Positions 13,431 through 27,404 of a stretch of DNA of 64,000 nucleotides are shown here, one piece after another. Every line of letters starts with the position of its first letter. Position 1 is the first letter of the stretch. The notes under the pieces were generated by a model that was not told where the DNA came from, ran no database searches, and saw only the letters and a list, made by a program, of their open reading frames with translations. Position numbers and translations under genes: made by a program. The stretch comes from Centroscyllium fabricii (lineage: Eukaryota), in contig JBNRSN020000010.1 of NCBI GenBank assembly GCA_051313645.2, positions 10,974,001-11,038,000 on the forward strand, in the 5' to 3' direction.

Positions 13431-13699
13431 ATATATTCACATCTTTGGACAGAATGTTGGCGACTGGGCGGTAGATTGCATAAGTCAGCGGGGAGTAGGG
13501 GTGAATTTGTCAGGAGGGAGTGATGGAGGCAGAAGTGAAATGGAGGGGGACAGGGGCAGAGCAGAGGGGATCGTTCATAATATAAAATAACAAGGGGCTA
13601 AGAAGAGACGTTGGTTGGTCAGCTGTTAAGTGGGAATGAGGCTAAGGCAGCAAGAGATGGTTTTCGGGGACAACATGAGCTTGGACCGTACACAGCGGG

Positions 13700-14640
13700 T
13701 AAATGGGGAAGTCACGGGAATACAGTAAATATTTATTTAAATTAGAGGACATGGACATTTAGGGGAAGGCAGTAAATATTTAATGAAAAATGGAATAAAT
13801 GAGACTTATCAGTAGCATAACGGGATCGGTAGGATCACAGATCAATTATGTAATTAGAGATAGAGGAAAGGGTAAAATGGGGAACACCGTAACTATATAA
13901 TTAGAGGTAGATGACAATGTAATTTAGGCGAACCCAATAATATGCAATTTGCGATAGAGGGAAAATGTAATTTAGGAAAACACAGTAACTAAGTATTTAG
14001 AAATAGAGGACAGGTAATTTAGGGGAACTCAGTAACTATGTAATTAGAGATAGAGGAAATGGTAACATGGGGAACACCGAAACTATATAATAAGAGATAG
14101 AGGACAAAGTAACTTAGGGGAACACACTAACTATGTAATTAGCGATAGAGGGAAGTGTAATACAGGAGAACACAGTAACTGTGTATTTAGAAGTAGAGGA
14201 CGTAGTATTTAGGGGTATTCGTTATCTGTGCATTTAGAGACAGAGGACATGATCATTCAGGGGATCACAGTAACTATATAGTTAGAGATAGAAGACAGGG
14301 CAATTTAGGGGACACAGTAACTGTAATCTGAGGTAGAGGACAGGGTAATTTAGGGGAACACATTAATTGTGTAATTAGAGAAAGAGGACAGGGTAATTTA
14401 GGGAAACACATGAAGTGTTTAATTAGAGAAATAGGAGAGGGTCATTTAGTGGAATACAGTAACTTTGTAATTAGAGATAGAGGGCAGGGTAATTTAGGGG
14501 AACACGGTAAATGTGTAAATAGAGATAGTGGATAGGGGATGTAAGGGGAACATGCTAACGTTTAATTGGAAATAGAGTACAGGAGAATTATGGGGAATGC
14601 TGTAAGTGTTAAATTATAAATGGGGACCAGGGGGAAACAT
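13700..14640. repeat. 48-bp minisatellite (AATTAGAGATAGAGGACAGGGTAATTTAGGGGAACACAGTAACTGTGT)
   Basis: cagggtaatt recurs at 14341 and 14389; roughly 18-19 degenerate units. Confidence 0.9.
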
Positions 14641-15804
14641 AAACCACTTATTTCGAAATATATCCAAGGAAAGTTATTAACATTTTAATATCAAATAGAT
14701 GGCACAGGAATGGCAGGAGAATACAAGACTATTTAATAATTATAGCGAAATAAAGCAAATGTTGGACATCTGAAATAAGAACAGAAAATGTGGAAACATT
14801 CGGGAGCTCAAGCCGCGTCGTGGAGATAGAAAAATACTTAATTTGTCATTTCGAAACCTTCGTAAGAAATGGAAAAGCTTAAGGAAGATAGATGTTAATT
14901 ATTGGCTGTTTCATCAGAAACGACACCGAGAATAACAAACATATGGGATAGAATTTGGTACGGTAGTGTAGCGGTTAGCTTTGCTTTCTATTTTGCCTTT
15001 TGATTTTGGTATCTGTAGTTGGTTAGATATCGACTTCTCGTCGATTTTAGCTGGGTGCAGCTGCATCGCATCTAATCTTGATGTTGTTAAAACCTCTGAA
15101 TGAGGCTTGACTGTTGCCTTAATTACTGTTGGTCGTTTGACTCCTGTTAAATGAGAATGTGCCTGTTACACGGAATTACTCGAAATTCAGAATCACTGCC
15201 CCAGAAACTGGATGGCAGCCGGTTTGGCAAAGCCTGGAGTCCACAGAGACTTGAAAGCACGTGGAATTTGGCTTTAGCGGAAGCTCAGGATCTAGTGGAA
15301 CTTTGAAGACTCACGGGAAAATAGGGCACTTACACAATTAATAAGTGAAGCTCATTCAGAAAGTACTGAAGCTATTGATAGCGAAAGGTTTTCAATTAGG
15401 TTCTTGAAGATTGAAGTGAGGTGAAAGTTGTTTTAAGCACACAGTACATGCAATAGTAATTAAACATATAATTCCAGGTATTAACTACAAACAAATCTCT
15501 GATTGTTTGTTGTGGATCAAACCTGTTATGGTTCTGAACTCATTATCTTGGACCATTGCGAATGCTCATTCCAAAAATTCACATCTCAGAATTTTGCATT
15601 ACCTAATTATATAGAAGTGAAACTAAAGCTCCATATCTGGAAAATGTAACGGAGTAATCTTTTTTTCATCAATGATCATTTCCTTTACTTAAACAGCACG
15701 CATTGGGCTGACGAATGTAATTACCTCAGCTCGTTATATTCCAATAATTTTGCTCTTGTTCCATTAATTGCAATTCGAGCAGGTGAATCATTTAATAATA
15801 ACTG

Positions 15805-16167
15805 TCTTCATTTTGTACCATTTGCACCAATTTGCTCGCCAAGGCTCCTTCGGTAGCACCTCCCAAATCCTCTCAACTTTCCACCTAGAAGGGCAAGGGC
15901 AGCATGCACAGGGGTACACCACCATTTCCAAGATCCTCTCCAAGTCACGCACCATCCTGACCTGGAAGTATATCGCCGTCGCTTCATCACCGCTAGGTCA
16001 AAATGCTGGAACGTCCTCCCTAATAACACTGTAGGAGTACATTCAGCACACTGACTGCAACCCTTGAAGTGGGTGGCTCACCGGCCTCTTCTCAAGGGCA
16101 ATTAGGGATGGGCAAACAATGCTGGCTTTGCCAGCGACGGCCACATCCCATGAAAGAATACAAAAAT
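15805..16167 (+). mobile_element. 3' end of family-B LINE
   Basis: Terminal gggcaattagggatgggcaa...ccacatcccatgaaagaataca matches 28670-28742. Confidence 0.75.
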
Positions 16168-17864
16168 GAGGGTGACAATCCAGATGTTTTCCAACAATGT
16201 AATCGCTTGATTAAAATTCTTGAAAATGTATGAATCCGTTTACAGTGACATGTCTTTAATTACATGTCATCTTAGTCCCGAATCTAATCATTGCTGCAGG
16301 ATGAGCACTCGCTCATCAGCTCAGTACTTCTTTAAATTAACTGCTTAAAAGCCAAAGGCTAAATGATAACTTCCCCACAACATTAAAATAAGCCAATACA
16401 GTATAACATTATCAACCTTCAGGACGGTCTGGGTCTCACTTCCCGTGCAGTGCCCTCTGTCGTACCAATACTATATTTACTGTCAGCAATAAATATATCT
16501 CATCACCAATGTATACCTATCGCGGTCTATTCTTTTTTGCATATCTGTACCCATTGGTTGCACACATTAAATTCTCCCGAGTCACATTAACCTTTTCAAT
16601 TAGGGTTGTTTTCAGCATGTTTTCCGCATTTGGAGCAGTTCGCCGAAGGACCTTCATCATGCATATAGAAAGTTAGTTGCTTCTTGCACAACACGTCACT
16701 TCTGCACACACAGTGATGATCAAAGATATTGCAGCGCAATACATCCGTGACAAAGCATGCTTGCCCTTTCTGTCAAACCGGGTGGGGGACGGGTTCTGTA
16801 GGTGTTAGATGTTAACATATCAACTACATTATTCTCATTATTCACTATAAACACGGAAACAACCATCTCCATCAGAAACCTATCAAGTTATTACCTGAAC
16901 AAAAATGTCTAGACTTTCACGAGATTGTTTATTGATTTCTGACTTATATGTTTTCACGACTCGTGACAAGGTGAGTTAACTTAAACAAGGGACGTGCTGC
17001 CATAGATAGGAGACAACGTCCATTCGTTGAGGAACAAGGACTAACTGCTTTAAATAAAAGGATAAATGGAATAGATTAAGAACTGACAGTATGGTAACCC
17101 GCTTTTGCTGTCGAGTTGTGAGGCTGTGGAATTTACAGATGGAGAAATCATCACCATTTCAAGATAACATTGGATATTTCAATGGATACAAATAGGTTGA
17201 TGGGATATTGAGATAATGCGGGCAAAGTGAATAGAACAGTTTATCGTGTGCAGTGTAACTGGGGACTCAGACTGGATTGGTAAAAGTATCTCGTCCCCTT
17301 TCATCAATGTTACAGCAATTTGATGACCAGTTTTGGATTGAAGTAAACATCTGTGAACAGAGATATCTAATGTCACAATGACGAGTCAAGTTCCTACTTT
17401 CTCCAGCATTAGACTCGGATCAGGAGACACGGCCCCGTTGTACTGGTCCAGGAGAACATGGGGGGCGGAGTCTGATGGGGAGACCAACGCCTACAACATT
17501 CACACCGAGATTACAGAATTACAGATAACCACGATTGTAAAACATTGTCTCTTTATAAAAGAAAGTTTAACTATTGATTCAACTGGGGCGTCTCCTTCCA
17601 GTACCTGCGGTGTGAAGCACTTAACTCTGACGCCCACATGTTCTAATCGTGCTGATGCTCAGTCACGACTGTTCTCTTTGAATCTTGAGCAGGAAGTGCG
17701 CTGTTTTAGCTGGAATCGATTATGTTCAACCGGGGAAAGCAACAGTCATCAAACACAAGGTACAAAGAGGAGTAAAGATTCGCTGAAACCTTTTTATTTT
17801 CACTCCAGCAAACCATAGTAATTGATCTCTATTTTGGAACGAAATCATTGTTTCATTTTGCTAT

Positions 17865-19573
17865 TTATTTGCAAATAAATGTCCAAGGAGTTTTCACTAC
17901 CTGCTTCAGCTCTTTCCTGAAATTAGTTTGCGTCGCTGCATAAATGCATGTGTTTGTACAGGAACTCAAATACACGAGCATATGTCCGGTTTCAACGGCA
18001 ATATAAGCAGGGGCTGCATAATCGCCTCGGTAATGCACGGTGCTTATCAACCTGGTAGTTAAAAAAGATACGACAGCTGTCACCCACAACAATATAAAAC
18101 TGCCCGATACACAGAACAGTAAAATAATCGATTTCCTCCGGCTCTCCATCTCTGGATCGCTCTGATTTACACTGCTCTGTCCACGTAATCCCCTGCGGGC
18201 TCTACTGGCCATTAAAATATGTCTAGCTGTCAAACAATTAAGCAGTAATATCAAAGCAAAGCTAAGCCAAGTGAAACAAATGCCACGTAACCAGAAAAGC
18301 GCCACTCCTAAAGTCGATGAAGAAAATTACACTCTGGAGCGGCAACCCCAGTGAACATTGTTAATTATTCTCTCAGGTTCAAATGCAAACCAATACAGAA
18401 GGCTCTGCAAACAGATCAGGACAGAGATCGTTGTTATAACAGCGGCGGCAGTTCTCACTGTGCAATACTTTGTTTTAAACCTGTTACAACATATAGCTAC
18501 AAATCGGTCAAATGTGAACGAGACTGTAAACCACACCGACAAATACACGCCGACACATTGCATATATATAATCAACTTACAAACGACAGTTAAGGACAGA
18601 AAGGAATGTGAAAAGTAATAACGTAAAATGCGGTTCACTAATAAATTGATGATCATGACTAGTAGATCTGCTGTTGCCATGGCCACCATGTAGACAGAGA
18701 TGCATTTGGAAAGGCCACAGTTTCCTCTGGAGAGAATCACGATTGTCAGTAGGTTCGCTGAAAGAAGCAGGGACAAGATGTCAGTAATGGGGTCATTGAG
18801 ATAAATCTCACAGATTATTGTGGGGAAATGTACGAATGTGTTCCTATTCAGCGTTATGCACACGGGTTATTATCATTAAAAAAGGCGAGGGTAAAAACAT
18901 TGTATTTATAGTGATGAAATCACTGAACATTCAATATAAGCAACTGCAATTCCGCGGTACATCCAACATATTTCAGTGGAGTATTAAATATAATTCCACG
19001 GCAACTAATGGAAAGAAAGTATTCAAATAAAACATTAAACGTCGATAAAGAACACGATCACATTATATCGAACTCCGCCGATAGGAGGGGCGCACCTTCC
19101 ACAGCGAAATTATTTCGTAAAATACCTTTCAGAATCGCCTGCTGGGTGAAGGTTTCTGCATTCCGAGTAATTATGAACTTAACGTAGACAGGGAATACGC
19201 ACAAATTACGTGATTACAATGGGAACTGAGCAAAACATTGTTCAGTGAGCTATGTGTTGTTGGAGAGGCTGGGGAATCAGGCTCGCCGTCCTTCAGTATT
19301 GGGATGATCATTGAGCGCCCGGTGCCCGAGATCTATCCACCAGAACAGCGCCTCAGCAGTCGCACGGCCAACTAGGATTGCCGCGGATTTTCACCGACTG
19401 ATCCCACTGAAAAAATGACTCTGCAGTGTGGACATTCTCGTAATCTGTTACATTAACACTGAGATAGTAAACAGGTATTAGGCAACATGATATATTGTCT
19501 TACCGGGAATGCCAAATGCTGCGAGGACATGGTAGTAAATGTCCCGTATCTGTAAAATTATTGGCCGTACCAT
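17865..19573 (-). pseudogene. GPR139-like class A GPCR with premature stop (exon 1 19504-19573, exon 2 17865-18757)
   Basis: MVRPIILQIRDIYYHVLAAFGIP|ANLLTIVILSRGNCG with GT-AG phase-1 intron; LAxAD-like MATADL, FDRF and SSCTNTCIY motifs. In-frame TAA at 18327-18329 where the paralog has GAG. Confidence 0.88.
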
Positions 19574-19652
19574 TGTTTTGGAGATTTTTCTGAACTCTGC
19601 GCTGCTTTACGGTTCCGGCAGGTGTGTTTCTGAGATCTATAAATGGTTCCCC

Positions 19653-19665
19653 TTTATAGACCAAT
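19653..19665 (-). promoter_or_regulatory. Putative TATA box plus CCAAT element of GPCR copy 1
   Basis: Minus-strand TATAAA ~80 nt upstream of the ATG, adjacent to CCAAT; conserved in the paralog at 54326-54338. Confidence 0.5.
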
Positions 19666-20019
19666 CGGCGCCCCGTGAGGTAATAAGGTTGCACAATAAT
19701 TAGTGTTAATTACAGTCACTTAACAAACAAGAGGCGATTTTACACATCACTGCGCATGGGCCGCCACAGAGGAAATTGAACAACTCGGTCCAAGAACATG
19801 AGTCCATTATAATCAAAGAACAGAAAGCAGTCGCTGAGGAAATGGGACTCTGCGCGTGTCCAGTAAACATTGATGGATAATGCAAACATTCCCTCTGACA
19901 CTGGGTTGATTTCTTGGAACCTCATCTTAATTTGCCGAAATGGGCAGCCACCCATCGCATAATTAAATGTTGTTTTGTACTCTGATTGTGATGATGTTGA
20001 ATCGGTTCTCACATTACTG

Positions 20020-23000
20020 CTGATGATCCTTATCTGACTTTACTCGTGATGGCTGTCTTCTAAAATTACATGTGGTGATTCTACTCTAACATTACTGGTG
20101 GTGACACTACTGTAACATTACTGTTAGTTACTCTACTCTAACATTACTGGTGGTGACGGTACTATATATTTACTAGAAACATAGACACATAGAAGATAAG
20201 TAACAGGAGTAGGTCATCGGCCCCTCGAGCCTTTTCCGCCATTTAATGAGATAATGGCCGATCATCCAAAAACACTACCCTGTCACTGTTATCTCCGCAT
20301 ATCCCTTGATGCCATCAGCCTTAGGAAATGCACTTAACTCCTTCTTGAATTTATTTAATAAGTTGGCTTCAACTGCCTTCCGTGGGAGCTTAATCCACAG
20401 TTTCACCACTCACTGGGTGAAAAAATGCTCATCATCTCAGTCCTGAATGGCTTACTCCTTATCCGTAGACTGTGAAACCTGATTCTTGACTCCCCCGCCA
20501 TCCGGAACATCCTTCCTGTATCTAGTCTCTTTAGCCCTGTTAAAATTGTACAGGTGTCATAAGATCCCGTCTCATTCTTCTAAACTCTAGCGAATACAAT
20601 AAGCATATTCGAACCATTCTCTATTAATACATAATTCCTGCCATCCCAGGTATCAGTCTGTTGAATCTTTGCTGCACTCCCTCCATTGCAAGAACATCCC
20701 TACTCAGATAAGTCGAACAAAACTGCAGACAATACTCAAGATGTGGCCCCACCAAGGTCCTGTACAACGGCAGAAAGCCTGTGCTCGAATCCGTTCTCTC
20801 GGAAGGCCAGCATACATTTTGCCTTCCTAACCGCCTCCTACCCCTGCATTCTTAACCTCAGTGACTGCTGCACAAGGACACCCACGTCTCGCTGCACTTC
20901 ACTTTTTCTCAATAATTTGCCGTTCAGATAATAATCTGTCTGCCTATTTTCGCCACAAAAGTGGGTAAACTCGGATTGATCCACATTATTCTGCATCTGC
21001 CATGCATCAGCCCAATCACCCAACCTGTCCAAATCATAATGCAGCTTCTCCACATCGTTCTGACAGCACACACTCCCACCCAGCATTGTTTCGTCTGCAT
21101 AACTGGTGCTGAACCCACTCTAACATTTCTTGTAGTGAAGCTCCTCTAACGGTTCTGGTGGTGTTTCTACACTATCATTACTGGTGGTGATCTTACATTG
21201 GCATTCCTGGTGGTAACCCTACAGCAACGTTATTGACGGTGGTACTACTCTAACATTATAATCATTGTCTATACTCTAAATTTGTTGGTAGTGACGCTCC
21301 TGTAACTTTACTGAAAGTGAATCTACTTTAACAGTATTGGGGGTGACTCTACGCTAACATCACTGGTGCTGAACATACTCTAATATTAATGATGTTGAAC
21401 CTGCTCTATCAATACTGGTTTTGACGCTACTCTAACATTACTGGTGTTGACTATAATCTACCATTAATTATGGAGGTCCTACTCTAACAGCATTGGTGGT
21501 GAACCTTCTCCATCATTACCGGTGGTGACTCTACTCTATCAATTTTGTCCACAGCCCTAATATAGCATTGCTGGAGGAGACCCTACTCTATCATTACTGT
21601 AGATGACCCTGCTCTAACAATACTGCTGGTGATTCTACTGTAACAATTTTGTTAAAGACGCTCCTCTAACATAACTGATAGTGACTCTACTCTAACAGTA
21701 ATGGTGGTGACTCTACGCTAAACTCACTGGTGCTTACCATACTGTAACATTAATGATGTTGTACCTGCTCTATCATTACTGGTGTTGACGCTACTCTAAC
21801 ATTACTGGTGTTGGTTATAATCTGACATTACTTGTGGAGGTCCTACCATAACAGAAGTGGTGTTTACCTTTCTCCAACATTACCTGTGGTGAACCTAGTC
21901 TAATAATTTTATGTAAAGCCCTAATCTAACATTACTGGAAGTGCACCTACTCTAACATTACTGGTGGTGACTCCACTCTAACATTACTGGTGCTGATACG
22001 GCACTATAATTACTGATGGTGACTCTACTCTAACAATTTTGTGTAAAGCCCTAATCTACCATGACTGGTGGTGACTATACTCAAACATTACTGGCGGTGA
22101 CCCTACTGGAACATTAATTCTGCTCACCCTTCGCTAACAGTTTTGTGGTGATCCTACTCTAACATCACTGGTGGTCGCCCTACTTTAAATTTACTATGGT
22201 GATTCTGCCCTAACATTACCTGTGGTGACCCTACAATAACATTACTGGTGCTGACCCTAGTCCAGCTTTACTCGTGGTGAATCCGATCTAACATTACGCA
22301 TAGAGAATCTGCTCTAACATTACTGGTGGTTACCCTATTCTAACATAAATACTGGTGACCCTACCTTGACACTTCTGGTGGTGACACTACTCTAGCGTTA
22401 CTGGTGGTGACGATACTATTAGATTACTGGTGCTGACGCTACTATAACATCAATGGCGTTGAGTCTACACTAATATTTTTGTGTTGACCCTACTCTACCT
22501 TTACTGGTGGGCAACAAATTCCAACATTACTTTTGGTGGCTCCACTCTAATTTTACTGGTGATGATGCTACTTTAACATTAATGGTGGTCACTCTACTCT
22601 AACATTATTCGTACTGATTCTGCTCTACCATTACTGCTGCTGATCCTGTTCTAACAGTACTGGTGGCGTCTCTACTCTAACATTACTGGTGGTGACTGCC
22701 CTCTATCATTACTGTGGTGACCATACAGAACTTTACTGGTGGTGAATCCTCTCTAATGTTACTGGTGGTGACCTCTTTATCATTAGTGTTCATGACTCTG
22801 CTCTACCATTAGAGCTGCTGAACCAACACTAACATTATTGGTGGTGACCCTAATCCAGCATTAATGTTGGTGACTCTCCTCTAACATTACTGATGATGCC
22901 ACCAAGCTAACAAACTGGTGATCTACCTATTCAACCAGTTTTGGTGGTTACCCTAATCTAACATTACTGTCAGTGAACCTATACTTAGATTACTGATGGT

Positions 23001-23540
23001 GATCCTACCCTAACATTACTGGAGGTGAATCCACTGTAACGTAACTGGAGGTGACCCTACCCTAACATTTCTGGTGGTGAATCCACTGTAACATTACTGG
23101 TCTTGCCTCTGCTCTAACATTAATTGTGGTGGACCTTCTCTACCATCACTGGCGATGCCCCTGCTCTAACATTACTGGTGATGGCTCTACTACAACAACT
23201 CATGATGACCGTACTCTAACATTTCTGGTGGTGCCCGTACAATAAAATGACTGGGGGTGATCCGACTACGAAGGTACTGATAGTGACCCTACTTTAACAT
23301 GACTGGAATGACCCTACACTAACATTAATGGATATTACCCTACTGTTCCATAACTAATATAAAATCATATTACTGTTGCTTACTTGGCGCTAAGATTACT
23401 GTACGTGAGGCTAATCTAACATTATTCCTGGTGATCTGATTCTAATATTGCTCGTACAGACACTTCCCAAATGTTAATGCAGGCAACCTTACTCCAAACT
23501 AATGAGTGGTGACACCTCTCTAACATTACTGCTGTTGACA
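20020..23540. repeat. 26-bp minisatellite (CTACTCTAACATTACTGGTGGTGAC[C/T]), interrupted by a CR1
   Basis: Dozens of degenerate units at 20020-20173 and 21090-23540. Confidence 0.92.
20174..21085 (-). mobile_element. 5'-truncated degraded CR1 inserted in the minisatellite
   Basis: LGDWADAWQMQ...QRDVGVLV motifs (ORF 20838-21086); CR1 3'UTR and tail at 20174-20270. Confidence 0.9.
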
Positions 23541-23544
23541 TTTT

Positions 23545-24055
23545 TTAAAATGTGTTCACCGCATGTTCGTGTCGCTGTCATGGCCAAACTTTATTGCCCA
23601 TCTTTAATTACTCTTGAGAATTTGGCGGTAAGCCGCATTCATGAACCGCTTCAGACCATTTGTTGAATCTTTTCCTACAGTGCTGTTAGGGAGGGATTTC
23701 AAAGTTTTTGAGCGAACGACGACAAAGTAACAGCGATATATTTCCATGGCAGTATCGTGTGTAACTTGGAAGAGAACTTGCAGGTGATGGTGTTACCAAT
23801 GAGCCTGCTGCTCTGGTCCATCTAGGTGGCAGACTTTGCAGGAGTCAGCGGCGCTGCCGAGGAAACTTGGCGAGTTGCTGCATTTCATCTTGGACGTGGT
23901 ACCTACTGCAGTCACAATGCGCCGGTGGTGGGGGGAGTGAATGGTTAAAGCGATGTATCGGTCCCAGTCAAGAGGGCTACTTTGTCCTCGATGGTATTGA
24001 GCTTCTTGAGTGTATTGTAGCTGCACTCATCAAGGCAAGTGTCGATTATTCTATT
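23545..24055 (-). mobile_element. 3' fragment of family-B LINE
   Basis: Reverse complement of the family-B 3' end (tttattgcccatc...; HHRRIVTAVGTTSKMKCSNSP). Confidence 0.75.
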
Positions 24056-24827
24056 GAAAACAAATTACACGAATGATTCAGATTTCCTCCCGTTTGCAGC
24101 TTTACTATGTTCAGCAACCCCCAAGACCACTGGCCACTCCAAGAAGCCCACACAGGTGTTGTCTAGGGACTGGTGTAAATCCTGCACAGTTGGACACCTG
24201 TCGAGGCACCGGTTATGCATCAGATGAGTATCAATATTATGCTGTTTTATCCCATACTTCCACCTCATCATTCATACGCTTGTCTTCTCTACCAGGGTAT
24301 CGCAATCGTCCGTACCGCAGGTAGCGGTGCATGCGCTTACTGTTTTAATCAGTTTTTTTCACGATTTGCTTTGCCGAAGCCGTTTACGTTTCTGACATGC
24401 TAGACAAAGTGGCCAACGAACCAGTATTAACTGCACCAGGACTAATGTTTGTTCAATCAGTCTGATCCATGGATGGATCTGTATATTGAGTCTCCAGTTT
24501 ATGATTATTCCCTCCGTTATCTGCTCTCATATTGCTGCATCATATGGCAAGGCAGCAGCGGCCCTGGTCTGATCGGTTATTTAAAATTCAATTCACTGTT
24601 AAAATATTCCAATTCTGCCCCGCCTAAGCTATCCTCTGTTTCTCTTTCTTTCCATTTGTTGTGCTCAATTAACTTGTTAGTGCTGGTTAGTCATACGGAT
24701 GACTATACAAAGATATATTTTTCAAAGTTTTACTACATAGCGTATGCATATATCAAATACATTATCATTACACATTGGATAATTACCAGAGCATGTGAAA
24801 TAATATAAACCTTAGGGTGTGCTGATA

Positions 24828-25786
24828 TAATGGGCCCTGTTTTCCTGTGCTGCATTTCGTGCGGGTGCGCGCTCCTGCACACCCGCGACGCACACGTACG
24901 TAATAATTTTTTTTTTACCGTCAATTTCCTGTGCCATTTGCCATCTTCATGGGCTGCGTAGCGATCTGGCCTCTCCTGCTGCGTATAGCTAGCTGCGTGG
25001 GCTATGACCAAGCCCCGCCCACAGATGTGTGATTTTTCTAAACACGCCCCCACAGAACGCACAGAACCTTGCAGAACGAAGGAAAGTCTCGCGCTGAAAA
25101 GGAGATCTCTATAGGTAGGAATGCTTACTTTTGATCGTTTTCTGTGATAATTTTTAATGAGTTCTGTGATAAACACTTTTAACTTATCTGAGAAGACAGC
25201 AGCTTGTTAATTTTTAGCTTATGAATCAAAAACCAGTCTTTAAAAAAGAAAAGGCAGAAAAACAGTTCAAAATCCGTAGAATCACTCAAATTTAACAGTT
25301 CAAACACCACACACATTGAGAAGACAGCAGCTAGTTAACTTTTACAAAAACAGTGTTTAAAAAAGAAAAGGCAGCAAAACAGCTCAAAACCCGTTTTTTT
25401 ACATTAAAAAAGATCTGAATCACTTCAATTTAACAGTTGAAACACTACACACACACATCAACAAATGAATCAACAAAAAACTTACCTTTTAAAGCTATCA
25501 GAGTGCTTTTCCCGTTCTCAACGCACCACAGCACACAGCAAAGACTGATTCCTAGATGTGCAGCTGCAGAGCGAATTGCCCACGTGAAGACACAAGCATT
25601 TTGACCCGTTCTGACAGGAAATCGTCAGTGCAAGGTCTTCCTGCGTTGGAAGCTGACGGGCCTTGCCCAACAGCACAGGAAATTACCGTTCGTGGGCATC
25701 CCCCGTGCTGCACATCCACGGGGCATTTCTGACCCCCCTTCGTGAGTGTGCAGCTCCTCTGGAGCACAGGAAAACAGGGCCCATTA
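24828..25786. mobile_element. Non-autonomous TIR DNA transposon (MITE-like, possibly PIF/Harbinger)
   Basis: Perfect inverted repeat TAATGGGCCCTGTTTTCCTGTGCT (24828-24851) / AGCACAGGAAAACAGGGCCCATTA (25763-25786). No transposase ORF. Internal ~130-bp tandem duplication at 25189-25455. Confidence 0.85.
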
Positions 25787-26825
25787 AGACCAATCTCCCA
25801 CCAGTGTGATTTGTCCGCTTTGCTGTCAATTTCAAAATCAAATCTCGTGTTGTTTTGCCCCCAAATATAACACAGCTTTAAGGGCGGAGTTCACTTGCAT
25901 CCTGAGCTCGCTGAAACCAGCAAAGAACAGGGGAATATTGTTGAGTATCGGAATTGTGCTTCAGAATTGTGCTGCTCCGACTTAATTATCTCCTTTCACT
26001 TGAGCCTATGTTGTGATATTATGCTAAAAGTGTTGATCACCTCATACTGGATTCGTATTACGTTTTCTCACACTCTGTTTTCCTGCAAAACACAATGATA
26101 GTCACAATTAAATTCTGCCTTATAGTCATCTCAAGCAGCATTACATTTTAACATCTAATCAACAAATCATGAACATAAACGATCAAACAGATCTCTCTTT
26201 TGCTTCTATCCATGTCGTGGATAATTCTTACTAAACATGCTTTTTTGTCCTTTTTCCACAATTGTACCGATCCAAATTATTCAATATGAATTTCAATCCA
26301 GGTACAGGTACCAGTGTGTTTAATTCTTCTGTGACCTTTTCATGAATTATATAGTTTCGTGATGGAATATTTGTCAATGCTTGAAAAGTTGTCTCGCTCT
26401 CCTGAGCCACATTATCCATCCATGTTTTGCTGTTGTTAAGTAAGTGAGCATATTTGTGACCCGTTCTTCAGTGCAGATACAGCATACATTCCCGGATGAT
26501 AATGGCCTAATATTTAACGAACCACATTTGCACACGCATACGATATGAGTCATACCGGTATCTCAATATCGTGCCTCACATAACCTCCGGTAAAAGCCTT
26601 TATCGTGATTTCAGAAGTCTTATCAAAAGATGGCCTGGAGGGATGTCGTTGTTCAACTTCAACCGCGTGGTACTGATAACTTGGGTAGTGGCCAGACTAT
26701 CACATTTTTCTTTTAAAAATTGTTCATTAAAGGCAAGTACACAAATATCTCCAAGATGAAACTATCAATTTACTATTCTTAACTACACTTTCCTGACTTT
26801 CCTAGCACATATTGTTAATTCCCAA

Positions 26826-27190
26826 GGACGACACGGTAGCGCAGTGGTTAGCACTGCTTCCTCGCAATTTGGAGCTCCTGTAATCGAATCCTGCTTGGAT
26901 CGGGTCCTCTCTGCGTTGAGTTTGCATGTTCTGCCCTTGTTCCTCCGGCTACTCCTGTTTCCTTGCTACACCCAAAGACATGCAGTTTAGTTGAATTGGA
27001 GATACAAAAAAAGAACAAAAAATTGCCCATGAGTATGTGTGTGAGATATAGTTCTGAGACTTGGGGGTGTCGGGGGATATGGGGAGAGGGTAGGAGGGGG
27101 TGCTTGCTTTGAATGATCAGCCATGATCTCAAGAAAAATGGCGCAGCAGGCTGTATTGGCCGAATGACCTACTCCTACCTTCTCTGTTTC
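26826..27190 (+). mobile_element. Degraded HE1/V-type tRNA-derived SINE
   Basis: A-box-like ggtagcgcagtggttagcact, B-box-like tcgaatcc, V-domain gagtttgcatgttct, and CR1-like tail. Confidence 0.75.
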
Positions 27191-27404
27191 GGTATTCACT
27201 TCTCATTACACGGACAGATGATCAAAAAGCTTTATCAAGGAGAGAGTTTTTAAGGACTGACTGAAAGGAGGACATGGAAGTAGAGAGGCGAATACATTTA
27301 CAAAGTGAATTGCAGAGGTTCGGTCCCAAACAGCTGAAGGCACGGCTGCCAATAGTGGAGCACTGGAAAGTGATGGAAGGTTTCGTTGACACTGATATGA
27401 ACGA

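Larger units (their letters stand above)
13430..23540 (+). repeat. Segmental duplication copy 1 (paralogous to ~48220-55440)
   Basis: Collinear L2 piece, 48-bp minisatellite, pLTR remnant, unique spacers, LINE 3' end, GPCR exons, intron and promoter, and 26-bp minisatellite are shared with copy 2. Confidence 0.9.

Noticed and set aside
18758-18863. N-terminal extension of ORF 18327-18863
   Set aside because: Intronic. The true N-terminus comes from exon 1 (19504-19573), and the extension is not conserved in the paralog.
20020-23540. CRISPR-like appearance of regular repeats
   Set aside because: Head-to-tail degenerate 26-bp units with no unique spacers and no cas genes, in eukaryotic context: a minisatellite.
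24098-24225. Possible orphan exon after ttgcag
   Set aside because: No canonical donor and no recognisable protein motif in any frame.
26231-26419. 62-aa minus-strand ORF in unique-looking sequence
   Set aside because: No motif, splice support or paralog visible.
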